Positions 22,520 through 31,994 of a DNA stretch of 64,000 bases are shown here, piece by piece. Position 1 is the first letter of the stretch. Each line of letters opens with the position of its first letter. The notes beneath the pieces were generated by a model that was not told the origin of the DNA, searched no databases, and saw only the letters and a list, made by a program, of their open reading frames with translations. The translations under genes and the position numbers were made by a program. Origin of the DNA: a virus. The stretch spans positions 3,862 through 67,861 of IMG/VR virus record IMGVR_UViG_3300044547_000928; one strand, given 5' to 3'.

Positions 22520-23114
22520 AAAAATACCAGCAGCAAATAACGCTGCGCGCAAAGTAAACGGCGAGATTGTTACTACTTGTGAAATTATGGGACCAGTCAT
22601 TATTGATTTGGTTCGTGCTGGCATGACGCCATCTCGTGCAGCAGAAGCAAACAGGATTTCCAAATCGACAGTGTCTGTTTGGATTTCTCGCGGTATTGCT
22701 GAAACTGTTCATCGTGAAAAAGGCGGAGTTCCTAACAAGTCAGAAGAGGTTTACATGAACTTCTCTGAAGGACTTGCTAAAGCCGAGTCTGAATCAATGG
22801 GCGCTCTTGTTCTTTCATGGTTCAAAGAAGCAAGAGGTGGAGACTGGAAAGCAGCAGAAAGATTCCTTGCTCGCCGCTTTCCACAAGAGTGGGGCGATAA
22901 CAATACTGTCAAACTTGAAGTTTCTGCTGGTGCTGGATTTGGCAATAACGATGGTCGCGATAAAGAACTTACCGCCACAGAAGACGAAGAAAGAAAGAGA
23001 GCAATTCTTTCTGCACTTGTTGAGTCTGGAGACCTCCCGTCAAATGTTCTTAATGCATGGGACGAAGAAGAATCAGACATTATTGATGCAGAAATTGTTG
23101 AGCCAAAAGAATGA
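22509..23114 (+). CDS. terS: Probable terminase small subunit
   Basis: N-terminal HTH, WKAA...LARRFP.EWG, directly upstream of TerL. Confidence 0.68.
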   Translation: MATRKIPAANNAARKVNGEIVTTCEIMGPVIIDLVRAGMTPSRAAEANRISKSTVSVWISRGIAETVHREKGGVPNKSEEVYMNFSEGLAKAESESMGALVLSWFKEARGGDWKAAERFLARRFPQEWGDNNTVKLEVSAGAGFGNNDGRDKELTATEDEERKRAILSALVESGDLPSNVLNAWDEEESDIIDAEIVEPKE

Positions 23115-24436
23115 CAACACGCGAGCAACTAGCATCTTTGACCGATTGGAAACAGCCGTGTGGGTTTAAGTTTCCCCACACAATGCACCCAAAGCAACAG
23201 GCTTATTTGACTTGGACAACAACGCGCGAGGCACTTTATGGTGGCGCTGCAGGTGGAGGAAAGTCAGACACGCTACTGATGTCTGCACTCCAGTACATTT
23301 GTGTTCCTGGTTATTCTGCTCTCCTTTTGCGTCAGACATACCCGCAGTTATCTGGCCCTGACGGCTTTATTGACCGTTGCAATGCGTGGCTTGCAGGTAC
23401 TGGTGCTGTTTATGTTTCTACTAATAAGCGATGGACATTTCCATCTGGCGCAACTCTTTCATTTGACCACTGCGAACGAGATGAAGACCGTTACAAGTTC
23501 CAGTCATTTGCTTATCACTTTGTTGGCGTAGACGAGTTGACACAGTGGAAGACCGACCGTGTTTACCGTTATGTTGGCTTCTCTCGTGTTCGTAAACCGA
23601 TGCAGAGCGATTCGCTTCCTGCTTGTCCTCATTGTGGGTTGACATCAGCAGATATTCCGCTAAGGACTCGTGCTGCAACCAACCCTGGAGGACCAGGAAA
23701 TAACTGGGTGTACGAGCGTTTCATTCTTGACAAAAAGCCAGAGCGAAAGTTCATGCCAGCAAAGATTTCGGATAACCCGTCACTTGACTCTGAGGCATAC
23801 ATCAAAGGCTTGAATGAACTTGACGCAATTGAACGCGCACGACTGCTTGACGGAAACTGGGAAATCCGTGAAGAGGGTGGAATGTTTAAGCGCGAGTCAT
23901 TCTCTGTAACTGGAAACTTTCCAGAAGGAATGAAGACAGTTCGTTACTGGGACTTGGCGGCAACACCAAAGAGTCGCTCAAATGACCCCGACTACACAGT
24001 TGGTGCATTGGTCGGAATGAAAGATGGTCGCTACTTTGTAATGGATATTCGTCGCCTCCGTGGAACACCATACGAAGTTGAAAAGATGATTGCACAGACT
24101 GCACAGATTGACGGTGTCTCTACGCCAATCATCATTGAACAAGAACCTGGTTCGTCTGGAGTAAATGTTATTGACCACTATGCGCGCACTGTTCTTCAAG
24201 GATTTATATTCCGAGGAGAGAAGTCAAATGTTTCAAAGAAAGACCGCGCACTTGTATTCTCATCAGCGGCAGAAGCAGGCAATGTCATGCTTGCAAGAGC
24301 ATCCTGGAACTCACCATTCATTGACGAATGTGAAGTTTTTCCTTACGGAGCACACGATGACCAAGTTGACGCAGTTGCTGGTGCAATTCAATCTTTAGTT
24401 GGGAAGAAGAAAGCATCCGTGAGGATTATTCTTTAA
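23111..24436 (+). CDS. terL: Terminase large subunit
   Basis: Walker A YGGAAGGGKS, Walker B VGVDE, ATNPGG, WDLA and HDDQVDA nuclease motifs. Confidence 0.96.
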   Translation: MTTREQLASLTDWKQPCGFKFPHTMHPKQQAYLTWTTTREALYGGAAGGGKSDTLLMSALQYICVPGYSALLLRQTYPQLSGPDGFIDRCNAWLAGTGAVYVSTNKRWTFPSGATLSFDHCERDEDRYKFQSFAYHFVGVDELTQWKTDRVYRYVGFSRVRKPMQSDSLPACPHCGLTSADIPLRTRAATNPGGPGNNWVYERFILDKKPERKFMPAKISDNPSLDSEAYIKGLNELDAIERARLLDGNWEIREEGGMFKRESFSVTGNFPEGMKTVRYWDLAATPKSRSNDPDYTVGALVGMKDGRYFVMDIRRLRGTPYEVEKMIAQTAQIDGVSTPIIIEQEPGSSGVNVIDHYARTVLQGFIFRGEKSNVSKKDRALVFSSAAEAGNVMLARASWNSPFIDECEVFPYGAHDDQVDAVAGAIQSLVGKKKASVRIIL

Positions 24437-24900
24437 TGAAGGGTGATTGTGAAGGGAGAAAAGATAAATGCTCTTTTCAAGATTGTCCAAAGTTTGGAAC
24501 ATTAAAAGAATCAACTGATGGTTTAAATAGAATTAAAGGGTGTGGAGATAATTCCGCACCATTGTTGCGTAGAACACCAGTAAAACAAAATAAAAAAAAG
24601 ATTTCTCAAATTTCTAAAAAGACTAAAAGCCAAGCCCCGCAACGCGCAGAGGTCCGTCGTATAGTCCTTGAACGCGATATGGGGTTGTGTCAAGCGAAAT
24701 TTTTGGTAACATATCTGTCATGTTCAGGTCCACTTGATGTGGACGAAGTTATCCCGAGAGGTCGCGGAGGCGACCATTTAGACCCGAGTAACTGCCAAGT
24801 GTTGTGCCGTATGCACCACCGCTGGAAACATGACAACCCCGCCGAAGCGGAAAGACTTGGTCTTACTAAGTCTTTACCACCGAAGGAGGGCCGACAGTAG
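24436..24900 (+). CDS. HNH endonuclease
   Basis: V.ERD...CQ...C...DE.IPR.RGG....N...LC..HH. Confidence 0.82.
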   Translation: MKGDCEGRKDKCSFQDCPKFGTLKESTDGLNRIKGCGDNSAPLLRRTPVKQNKKKISQISKKTKSQAPQRAEVRRIVLERDMGLCQAKFLVTYLSCSGPLDVDEVIPRGRGGDHLDPSNCQVLCRMHHRWKHDNPAEAERLGLTKSLPPKEGRQ

Positions 24901-24909
24901 GAGAGACTA

Positions 24910-25623
24910 TTGATATCAAAACCTTTAATTACCACATTGGCAATCTGGCTTACCGCAACATTTGGGTGGGTCGGGAATCAAGTAAACAACTCAGTGAGCG
25001 CACAAGGCGCACCCGTGGCAGTAGTCGCGGAAGTAACTCAACCCCAAGTCCTGGACCAAGTAGCGGCCGAAGCAATTCTCAGGCAGAAGTTTAAGTTGAA
25101 TGAAGTATCCAAGCGAGTAGCAGACCTCCAAAAGGTCATAGGAACCGTCGCTGTAGACGGTCACTACGGAATGATTACCCGCAGGGAACATATTGAGGCA
25201 CTTGAGGCACGCGGCCTTCCAACTGCAAATGTTCCTAAGCAGAACACACCTCGCTACAACATCTCATATGACCCAGCAAAGCGTTGCCCGATGTGGGAGC
25301 CACTGTTTGCTGAGTTCGGTCTTCCAGTAGATGTGTTCTCGTACATTGCATGGCGCGAGAGTGGTTGCAATCCAAAAGCACAGAACGCAACTTGGAAGAA
25401 TGGAAAAATGACTTACGCTTTGAACAAGAACGGAAGTTATGACACTGGCCTCCTGCAGGTCAACTCCAGTTGGTACACAGCAGTCAAGGGCGTGTGCGGT
25501 GAAGACGCAGTGGACAATCACATGCAGGGCCTAAAAGACCCAGTCTGCAATGTCAAGTTTGCAAAGTGGCTAATGGATAACTCCAAGGGTCAACTAGGCA
25601 ACTGGAGCGTCTACAAACTGTGA
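24910..25623 (+). CDS. Lytic transglycosylase (SLT) with peptidoglycan-binding segment
   Basis: Signal anchor; LQ..IG...DG.YG..T; IAWRESGC, D.GLLQVN, DP..N motifs. Confidence 0.85.
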   Translation: MISKPLITTLAIWLTATFGWVGNQVNNSVSAQGAPVAVVAEVTQPQVLDQVAAEAILRQKFKLNEVSKRVADLQKVIGTVAVDGHYGMITRREHIEALEARGLPTANVPKQNTPRYNISYDPAKRCPMWEPLFAEFGLPVDVFSYIAWRESGCNPKAQNATWKNGKMTYALNKNGSYDTGLLQVNSSWYTAVKGVCGEDAVDNHMQGLKDPVCNVKFAKWLMDNSKGQLGNWSVYKL

Positions 25624-25635
25624 TACCTTTTATTC

Positions 25636-25803
25636 ATGGCTCTTCTTATACATATGGCAAGGTATGAAGTTGTCGAGCGTACTGAAGCAAGTAAAGAAGT
25701 AATAGCAACCACAGCGTGCGGGATGTATGTCGGGAAAGACATGTCAGTATCCGTACATCAAAAACATGTGACATGCTTGTCTTGCTTAACACATCAAAAA
25801 TAG
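25636..25803 (+). CDS. Small Zn-binding protein (55 aa)
   Basis: H...TACG...VTCLSC; fills the gap. Confidence 0.55.
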   Translation: MALLIHMARYEVVERTEASKEVIATTACGMYVGKDMSVSVHQKHVTCLSCLTHQK

Positions 25804-25866
25804 AAAACTAGGTTGTCATTTTTCTGACACCACCTATACTCAACCAAACAAACAGTTAGGAAAACA

Positions 25867-26277
25867 ATGGGAAGCGCAAGAACAACAATGCCAACTGGTA
25901 AAAAGTTGGAAAAATTACGCAAAGAAGCACTCAAGAAAGCAGGCGCTGGAAGTATCAAGTACCACAGCGGTACGCACAGGGTGTTGTTATATGCAAAGTT
26001 TAAGAAAAAGGCATTTAAGTGGGATGACTGGGTTAACTTTCACGCAGATAATTACGACATGCGTCGTTCTTCTGGTGAGTGTTTTGAGTTTCTATTAGTC
26101 TGCGGCTATCTCTATCATCGTTTAATAAAAGGAGTTGACTACTTTCAGATAACTCCAGAAGGAGAGTTAAAATTAATCACCTTGTCCGAGAGCGAACAGA
26201 AGCGAAGGGCAAAACTTGCAAGCAAATCTTCTTACAAGGGACGGAAAACATACCTTGAGAAAACTGGTCAGTGGTGA
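25867..26277 (+). CDS. Basic hypothetical protein, winged-helix-like
   Basis: Promoter TTGTCA(25813)-16-TATACT; Y.ITPEG motif. Confidence 0.72.
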   Translation: MGSARTTMPTGKKLEKLRKEALKKAGAGSIKYHSGTHRVLLYAKFKKKAFKWDDWVNFHADNYDMRRSSGECFEFLLVCGYLYHRLIKGVDYFQITPEGELKLITLSESEQKRRAKLASKSSYKGRKTYLEKTGQW

Positions 26278-26771
26278 GTAGTTTTAAAAAGGTCTCTGGA
26301 TACAACCCCGACTTTGATATTGAGCCATCTTCGGAAGTAAAACAGTTTAATTTTAAAGACGACCTTCAGTATGGACAAGTTGGAGAAACACTTGTTGCCA
26401 CAATGTTGGATGCACTCGTTAATGGCTCATTTGAAATAAAGACCGACAGATATAGGAATGGAAATATGGTCATTGAAACAGACCAGAATCCAGGTCTGAA
26501 GGGATGGAAGAAAAGCGGAATCAATGTAACCAAGGCAGAGTGGTGGGTGTATGTTTATGCTCTCGATGGCGGAATGACAATCGTCCATGTTGAAAGACTC
26601 AAAAGGTATCTGAGACTCAATAAGCATTTATTCAACGAAGAAACAAAGCGCAATTTTGCCGAGGGCAGTGACAACCCAGCAAGAGGATTTATTTTAAAGC
26701 CTAGGCATGTTATGGATATGTTAATCAATAAAAAATATGACTCAATTGGAGGAAGCAGTGAAGAGCAATAA
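26271..26771 (+). CDS. Restriction-endonuclease-fold protein
   Basis: G..GE, EIKTD...GN..IE, SGI..T.A.WW. Confidence 0.65.
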   Translation: MVSSFKKVSGYNPDFDIEPSSEVKQFNFKDDLQYGQVGETLVATMLDALVNGSFEIKTDRYRNGNMVIETDQNPGLKGWKKSGINVTKAEWWVYVYALDGGMTIVHVERLKRYLRLNKHLFNEETKRNFAEGSDNPARGFILKPRHVMDMLINKKYDSIGGSSEEQ

Positions 26772-27048
26772 TGATTTAGTAGGTCAAATGAAGGACTCAA
26801 ATAAGTACCTAGCCAGCATTGTTAGGTGCGAAGATGTAATTGAGGACCTGAATACATATTTAGCATTCAAGAATTCTGCCGCTGTCCATTTCTACCCATC
26901 CCAAATTGAGATAATCATGGATTTGCTCATAGACATGAAAACTATGGTTTTTGAGTATTCTGAAGCATTTGATAAATTGCAGGATATGCTTGAACAAGAG
27001 CAAATTAAGAACGCACAATGGGCCGACTTGTTTAAACCGCAAAATTAA
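26737..27048 (+). CDS. Hypothetical protein
   Basis: ORF in operon. Confidence 0.6.
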   Translation: MTQLEEAVKSNNDLVGQMKDSNKYLASIVRCEDVIEDLNTYLAFKNSAAVHFYPSQIEIIMDLLIDMKTMVFEYSEAFDKLQDMLEQEQIKNAQWADLFKPQN

Positions 27049-27075
27049 TATACACTTAGACCAACAGGAGAATAT

Positions 27076-27408
27076 ATGTCAAAAGTTTCAGGATTCGACA
27101 TGGGTCGAGATGAGTTCTCGATTCCAGCAAACAGAGTGACTGGCCAAGATGGCGCAGTTAGTATCTCATCAAATTTTAATCTCAATGATGTGAATACAGT
27201 TGTTTTAGCACGCGAGATGAACGGTGCTTCAGACTCATTCAACAATAAATTGAAAAAGATTAAAGACCACCTCGCCGCGCTTGAAGTAGACAAGACAACA
27301 GACATGGTCGTAATGGACAAGTCTTTTGTTACAAAGTTGGCAAAACTAGTTGAGCAGATGCAATCAGATTTTAATAAAATTGTTCAGACTGCACAGCACC
27401 TCAAGTAG
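27076..27408 (+). CDS. Hypothetical protein
   Basis: AGGAGA RBS. Confidence 0.75.
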   Translation: MSKVSGFDMGRDEFSIPANRVTGQDGAVSISSNFNLNDVNTVVLAREMNGASDSFNNKLKKIKDHLAALEVDKTTDMVVMDKSFVTKLAKLVEQMQSDFNKIVQTAQHLK

Positions 27409-27635
27409 TGGCAACTAAAAAAGCATCATCAAAAACGCCAACTAGAATTGACATAACCTTTATTGGTGGTTCATTCGATGGCAAAGAACTAGAGTTTGTT
27501 TACCCTACTCCAGAGTATCTTGTAATGAATCGTGGTTTAGATTTGTACAAGAGAGCAAGTTCAACACAATATATATACCAGGCTGATTGGTCTGAGTATC
27601 AAAAAACAATTGACAAGGACAGAATTTACAAATGA
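27408..27635 (+). CDS. Small protein (GG.FDG motif)
   Basis: Overlapping packing. Confidence 0.68.
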   Translation: MATKKASSKTPTRIDITFIGGSFDGKELEFVYPTPEYLVMNRGLDLYKRASSTQYIYQADWSEYQKTIDKDRIYK

Positions 27636-28408
27636 CAAATCCAAAAGTCCAGACAGTTTCAATAAATGGAAATCGACACTACAAGCATCCAAACATTAAA
27701 AACATGGTTGCTCCAAGCGTCACATCAATTGTAGGAATGCTCCCTTCTCCGTATCTTCCAAAGTGGAATAGCAAGGTGACAGCAGAAGCAGCGATTAACG
27801 AGCGCGAGCACATTGACTCCCTGTTGGGCAGTGCTGGAGGAAAAGTCAAGGCGATTGATTGGCTCAAGGCTGCTGCAGAACGAGAGTTGAATAAGGCAGC
27901 AGATACTGGAACACGAGTCCACGAGGCTATCGAGCAGTTAATTATTGACCCAAACTATAAGTATGATGATGACCTGCTTCCATACCTACATGGTTTCTGG
28001 GAATTTGAGAAGCGTTTTGAGCCAGAGTGGATTCATGTGGAGAAGTCAATATTTTCCATCACTCACAACTATGCAGGTTCTTTTGATGCAATCTGCAAGA
28101 TTAACGATAAAAAGATTCTGCTCGACTTTAAGACAACACGCTCTGGAATCTCGGCAAAGGTTGCACTTCAATTAGCAGCATATGCAAACGCCGATGTTAT
28201 TTTTGATGGAGACAATGAGATACCAATGCCAAAGGTAGATGGCGGGGCGGCACTGCTACTTCGTCCAGATAAGTGGTCATACCAACCGTTGCGAATTGAC
28301 GATGATATTTTTGCTACATTCTTAGCCTTGCGCAGAACATTCGAATGGGAATCTAGGCAGTCTAAAACTGCTATGCTTGCCCCAATACAAAACAAGGGGC
28401 TGATGTGA
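27632..28408 (+). CDS. PD-(D/E)XK exonuclease (RecB/Cas4-like phage family)
   Basis: PSVT, GT.VH..IE, YAGSFD, DFKT, QLAAY. Confidence 0.88.
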   Translation: MTNPKVQTVSINGNRHYKHPNIKNMVAPSVTSIVGMLPSPYLPKWNSKVTAEAAINEREHIDSLLGSAGGKVKAIDWLKAAAERELNKAADTGTRVHEAIEQLIIDPNYKYDDDLLPYLHGFWEFEKRFEPEWIHVEKSIFSITHNYAGSFDAICKINDKKILLDFKTTRSGISAKVALQLAAYANADVIFDGDNEIPMPKVDGGAALLLRPDKWSYQPLRIDDDIFATFLALRRTFEWESRQSKTAMLAPIQNKGLM

Positions 28409-28953
28409 GAAAAGATATTACTCCAGGAAATTGGGAAAGCGCCGCTGCTTTAGTAGTAAATGAAATTGCTGATAAGTGCAAACAATACGAGATTGCAAAA
28501 AGCAAGAGCGAATCTAAAGTCAATGATTTTGTTCAAAAGAACTTTGACGAAATTGTAGACTTGGCATTTCACACTAAAGATGTAGACCCAGACTTCCTTG
28601 AGGAAATGTTTTTTAATCTTGCAATTGCTGGTCTACATGGGTATTCTTTGGTCGGGAAAGAAGACCATAAGGCTTCAGCAGCATTTGTGTATACAACTGT
28701 TGTGGGAAAACAAAAGATGTACGGGCATGGAAACATCGCCCGTTTCGAGGTTCCAGGCATTGTCATTCGCATGAATGATAAGTTGGAAAGACTCAAGAAC
28801 CTGCGTGGCTTTGACGGCCCCGTACTTTTTGAGCCTGTAAAAGACACATGGCTTGACATTTGTGGTTATTCCATAATTGCAATCATGTGGATTAGAGGCT
28901 GGTTCTTGTTAGACATGAAAAATCAGGAAAAAGAAAAATCAGGAGAAAAATGA
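28405..28953 (+). CDS. Nucleotide-modification-associated domain 1 (DUF1599-like) protein
   Basis: KQ..YG..NI......IRMNDK..RL.NL...E...DT..D..GY. Confidence 0.8.
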   Translation: MRKDITPGNWESAAALVVNEIADKCKQYEIAKSKSESKVNDFVQKNFDEIVDLAFHTKDVDPDFLEEMFFNLAIAGLHGYSLVGKEDHKASAAFVYTTVVGKQKMYGHGNIARFEVPGIVIRMNDKLERLKNLRGFDGPVLFEPVKDTWLDICGYSIIAIMWIRGWFLLDMKNQEKEKSGEK

Positions 28954-29396
28954 GCACACAGGTAACAATGACTGGAAATCTCACAGCAGACCCAGTTCTT
29001 AAGTCAACGAAGACTGGTTCTTCGCTATTAACAGTAGGTATTGCTGTCACTCGCCGTTGGCGGGACAAGCAAGATAACTGGGAAGAGCAAACATCATTCT
29101 TTGACCTCACAGCGTGGGGAGAACTAGCAGACAACGCAGCAGCCAGCCTAAGCAAGGGCAATAAGGTTGTTGTGGTTGGACGACTAGAACAGCAGGAATG
29201 GACAGACAAAAACGACGGCTCAACCAAGAAAAAGGTTGTAGTTATTGCTGATGACATTGCAGTTTCACTGCGAAAAGCAACAGTACAAGGCGTAGAAAAG
29301 TCTGGAAATCCAGCCGCGCAGAGCGGTCAGCAGTACCAGAATACTGGCAAGAAGCCAGCAGCGGCATCGTTTCTTGATGACGAACCGCCATTCTGA
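28950..29396 (+). CDS. ssb: Single-stranded DNA-binding protein
   Basis: GNLTADP, OB-fold motifs, acidic DDEPPF tail. Confidence 0.95.
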   Translation: MSTQVTMTGNLTADPVLKSTKTGSSLLTVGIAVTRRWRDKQDNWEEQTSFFDLTAWGELADNAAASLSKGNKVVVVGRLEQQEWTDKNDGSTKKKVVVIADDIAVSLRKATVQGVEKSGNPAAQSGQQYQNTGKKPAAASFLDDEPPF

Positions 29397-29528
29397 TTGA
29401 ATTTGTGTGTCACGGGAGGGTTAGTGGGAACGACTTATCCCGTGACACGCAAACAATTCTATGAAAATTTAGTGTAACTTAGTGTTGGTATATGAAATTG
29501 GCACGGCTAATTCAAAAGAGGATTTCGG

Positions 29529-29754
29529 TATGTATATAGGTCTAGCAGTAGCAGTATTTATGGCTGGCCTAGTTTGGTTTATATCGCCCAAGTTGAACAT
29601 TGATTTGCGGGGAAGAATTTCCACTACCGCCATCGCTGGTGGTGTGGCTTCCGCTTCCACTGCTGGTTTCATGTATAGCGACATTGCTGGAGTATGCGTA
29701 ATTGCGGCGTGTCTAATCGGTATCGGTATTTTATTTGGATACGAGAGAGGGTAG
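29529..29754 (+). CDS. Small membrane protein upstream of the portal
   Basis: Three hydrophobic segments; GAGGA RBS. Confidence 0.65.
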
Positions 29755-29757
29755 TAA

Positions 29758-31929
29758 ATGGCATTCCTTCGCTCATTTAACACACACGACCAACAAGGTT
29801 TTGTAGCCCCAGATAAGAAACAGTTTTACGCACCATCAAGCGGTCCTGGCCGCCCCCTAAAGCCATACAAAGATGGCTGGGACTTGGAGCGCTCAGTAAC
29901 ACAAGCACTTGACAGAGTTACTTGGGTTTACAAAGCAGTTTACGCAATTTCAGCAAACGCTGCATCTCTCCCAATCGCAATCAGAAAAGGCGACTGGAGA
30001 ATTGGCGAACTAACATACGACGACCCAATTTTGCAGATTATGAATCGCAATGCAAACCCTGGTCAAGATGCTTTTTCATTCCGCTTTATGCTGTCATCGC
30101 AGTTGTTGCTTTCGCAGCGCGGTGCGTTCGTTGAAATTATTCGTAATCGAATGGGTGAAGTAGCGGCACTAGTTTTGCTTCCACCGCAATACACATTCCC
30201 GATTCCAGACCCAGACCGATTTGTTTCTGGATTCTCTGTTGAATATCCGAATACTCCAAAAAGAATTATTGATTCTAAAGATGTAATTTGGGCACGAGTA
30301 CCACACCCAATTGACCCATTCAAAGGACAGACGCCACTTGAATCTGCTGGACTTGCAATTGAGTATGACTACTACGCAAAGGTATTCAATCGCAACTTTA
30401 TGGTTAACGATGGTCGACCAGGCGGAATTCTTGTAATCAACGGAGACATGGAAGAAGAGCAGGCAGAAGAAATTCAGCGCCGCTTCAAGGGAAGCACTGG
30501 CTCAAATATTGGTGGCGCTGGTCGTCTGACAGTAATGTCGGCAGAAGACGCAAAGTTTATTGATACATCAACTAGCCAAAGGGATGCTCAATATATTGAA
30601 GCACGCCAAATGAACAAAGAGGAGATTCTTCTCGCTTTTGGTGTTCCAGAATCAGTAATTGGCAATGCATCTAACAGAACATTTGCTAATGCCGATGTTG
30701 AACTAGAGGTATTTTGGCGAGAGACGATGGTCCCTCACCTAACGCTTCTTGAGCGCGCATTTGACAAACTAGATGAAGACCCTAAGACATATTTTGCCTA
30801 CGACCTTTCGTCAGTAGCAATCCTTAGTCGTGATGACCGAGAGCGTGCCCGATTCCATCTAGAAGAGTTGAAGCAGGGTGCAATTTCAATCGATGAATAC
30901 CGCGAACTGACTGGACGCGAAGGTGTTGGAATCGACGAGTTGCTTATCCCAACAAACCTCTCGCCAGTTGTTATGCAGACAAATACAGGTGGTCAGCAAG
31001 CACCAGAAGATGGTGCTCCATTAAACCCAAATCAAAGGCCAGGTCGCCGTCCTGCAGATGCACCAGACCCAGCGTTGCCTAATTCAACGCCAAACTCGCG
31101 ACCAAACGATTCAATAGAACCGACTAATCCCCCAACCCCAAGACCAATTTTTACGCCACCGCTAACTCCTTTGGCTCATGATATTGAGGAATCAAAGTCC
31201 TCCGAGGATATTGGAGTACGCCGCACGCGCCAGATTACCCGTCTTGAGCAGAGCGTCGCTCTCCAGATTGGTTCAATGCTGAAGCGCCAAGAGCGAGTGA
31301 CGATTGAGAAGGCAGCCTCTAAGAAGGTTAAAGAAAAATGGGATTCTGGCGAAGGAATTAAAGCAGAAGACATTTTTGATGTTGCCGTGTGGAATGACCA
31401 ACTCATCTCCGATGCAAAAACATGGGTGGCATCAGTATTCCTTGATGGGGCAATTGAAGTAGCCTCAACAAAAGTTGATTCCTTAAACCCAGGAAATGTA
31501 ACGATGGATGAAATCGTTAGCCCACGAATTAAGGCTATTTCATCTATTAACGAGACGAGCAAGCGCAATATTGAAAAGATTATTAGCGAGCATCGCTCAA
31601 AGTCGCACCAAGAGTTCATCACTGCTCTAAAAGCATGGTTCGCTTCAGCATTTAGTTCGCGAGTTAAAACAATCTCCAAAACAGAAGTTGGCGGGGCGTT
31701 CAATGCTGGTCTTCTATGGGCAGCAAAAGAACTTGGATATACAAAAAAGACATGGGTTCACCGCCCAAGTCAAGACTCAGCACGCAATGAGCACGCTGAA
31801 CTTGCCAGTCAGACAGTCGGCATCGACGAGAAGTTTGAGATTAATGGCAAGTCTGCAATGTACCCTGGAGACCCAGAAGCACCAACTGAGTTTGTGATGA
31901 ACTGCAGTTGCACACTTTTGTTTTCATAG
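29758..31929 (+). CDS. HK97-type portal fused to a MuF/gp7-like head morphogenesis domain
   Basis: Portal motifs (G.TPL, N...PGG, FGVP..IG); Pro-rich linker; C-terminal K.W...R..H...YPGDP.....NC.C. Confidence 0.9.
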   Translation: MAFLRSFNTHDQQGFVAPDKKQFYAPSSGPGRPLKPYKDGWDLERSVTQALDRVTWVYKAVYAISANAASLPIAIRKGDWRIGELTYDDPILQIMNRNANPGQDAFSFRFMLSSQLLLSQRGAFVEIIRNRMGEVAALVLLPPQYTFPIPDPDRFVSGFSVEYPNTPKRIIDSKDVIWARVPHPIDPFKGQTPLESAGLAIEYDYYAKVFNRNFMVNDGRPGGILVINGDMEEEQAEEIQRRFKGSTGSNIGGAGRLTVMSAEDAKFIDTSTSQRDAQYIEARQMNKEEILLAFGVPESVIGNASNRTFANADVELEVFWRETMVPHLTLLERAFDKLDEDPKTYFAYDLSSVAILSRDDRERARFHLEELKQGAISIDEYRELTGREGVGIDELLIPTNLSPVVMQTNTGGQQAPEDGAPLNPNQRPGRRPADAPDPALPNSTPNSRPNDSIEPTNPPTPRPIFTPPLTPLAHDIEESKSSEDIGVRRTRQITRLEQSVALQIGSMLKRQERVTIEKAASKKVKEKWDSGEGIKAEDIFDVAVWNDQLISDAKTWVASVFLDGAIEVASTKVDSLNPGNVTMDEIVSPRIKAISSINETSKRNIEKIISEHRSKSHQEFITALKAWFASAFSSRVKTISKTEVGGAFNAGLLWAAKELGYTKKTWVHRPSQDSARNEHAELASQTVGIDEKFEINGKSAMYPGDPEAPTEFVMNCSCTLLFS

Positions 31930-31994
31930 ACTATACGAAATTAAATAGTTAGTCTCTACATTACAACATTTACTGCAATTTTCTGCTACTCTTC

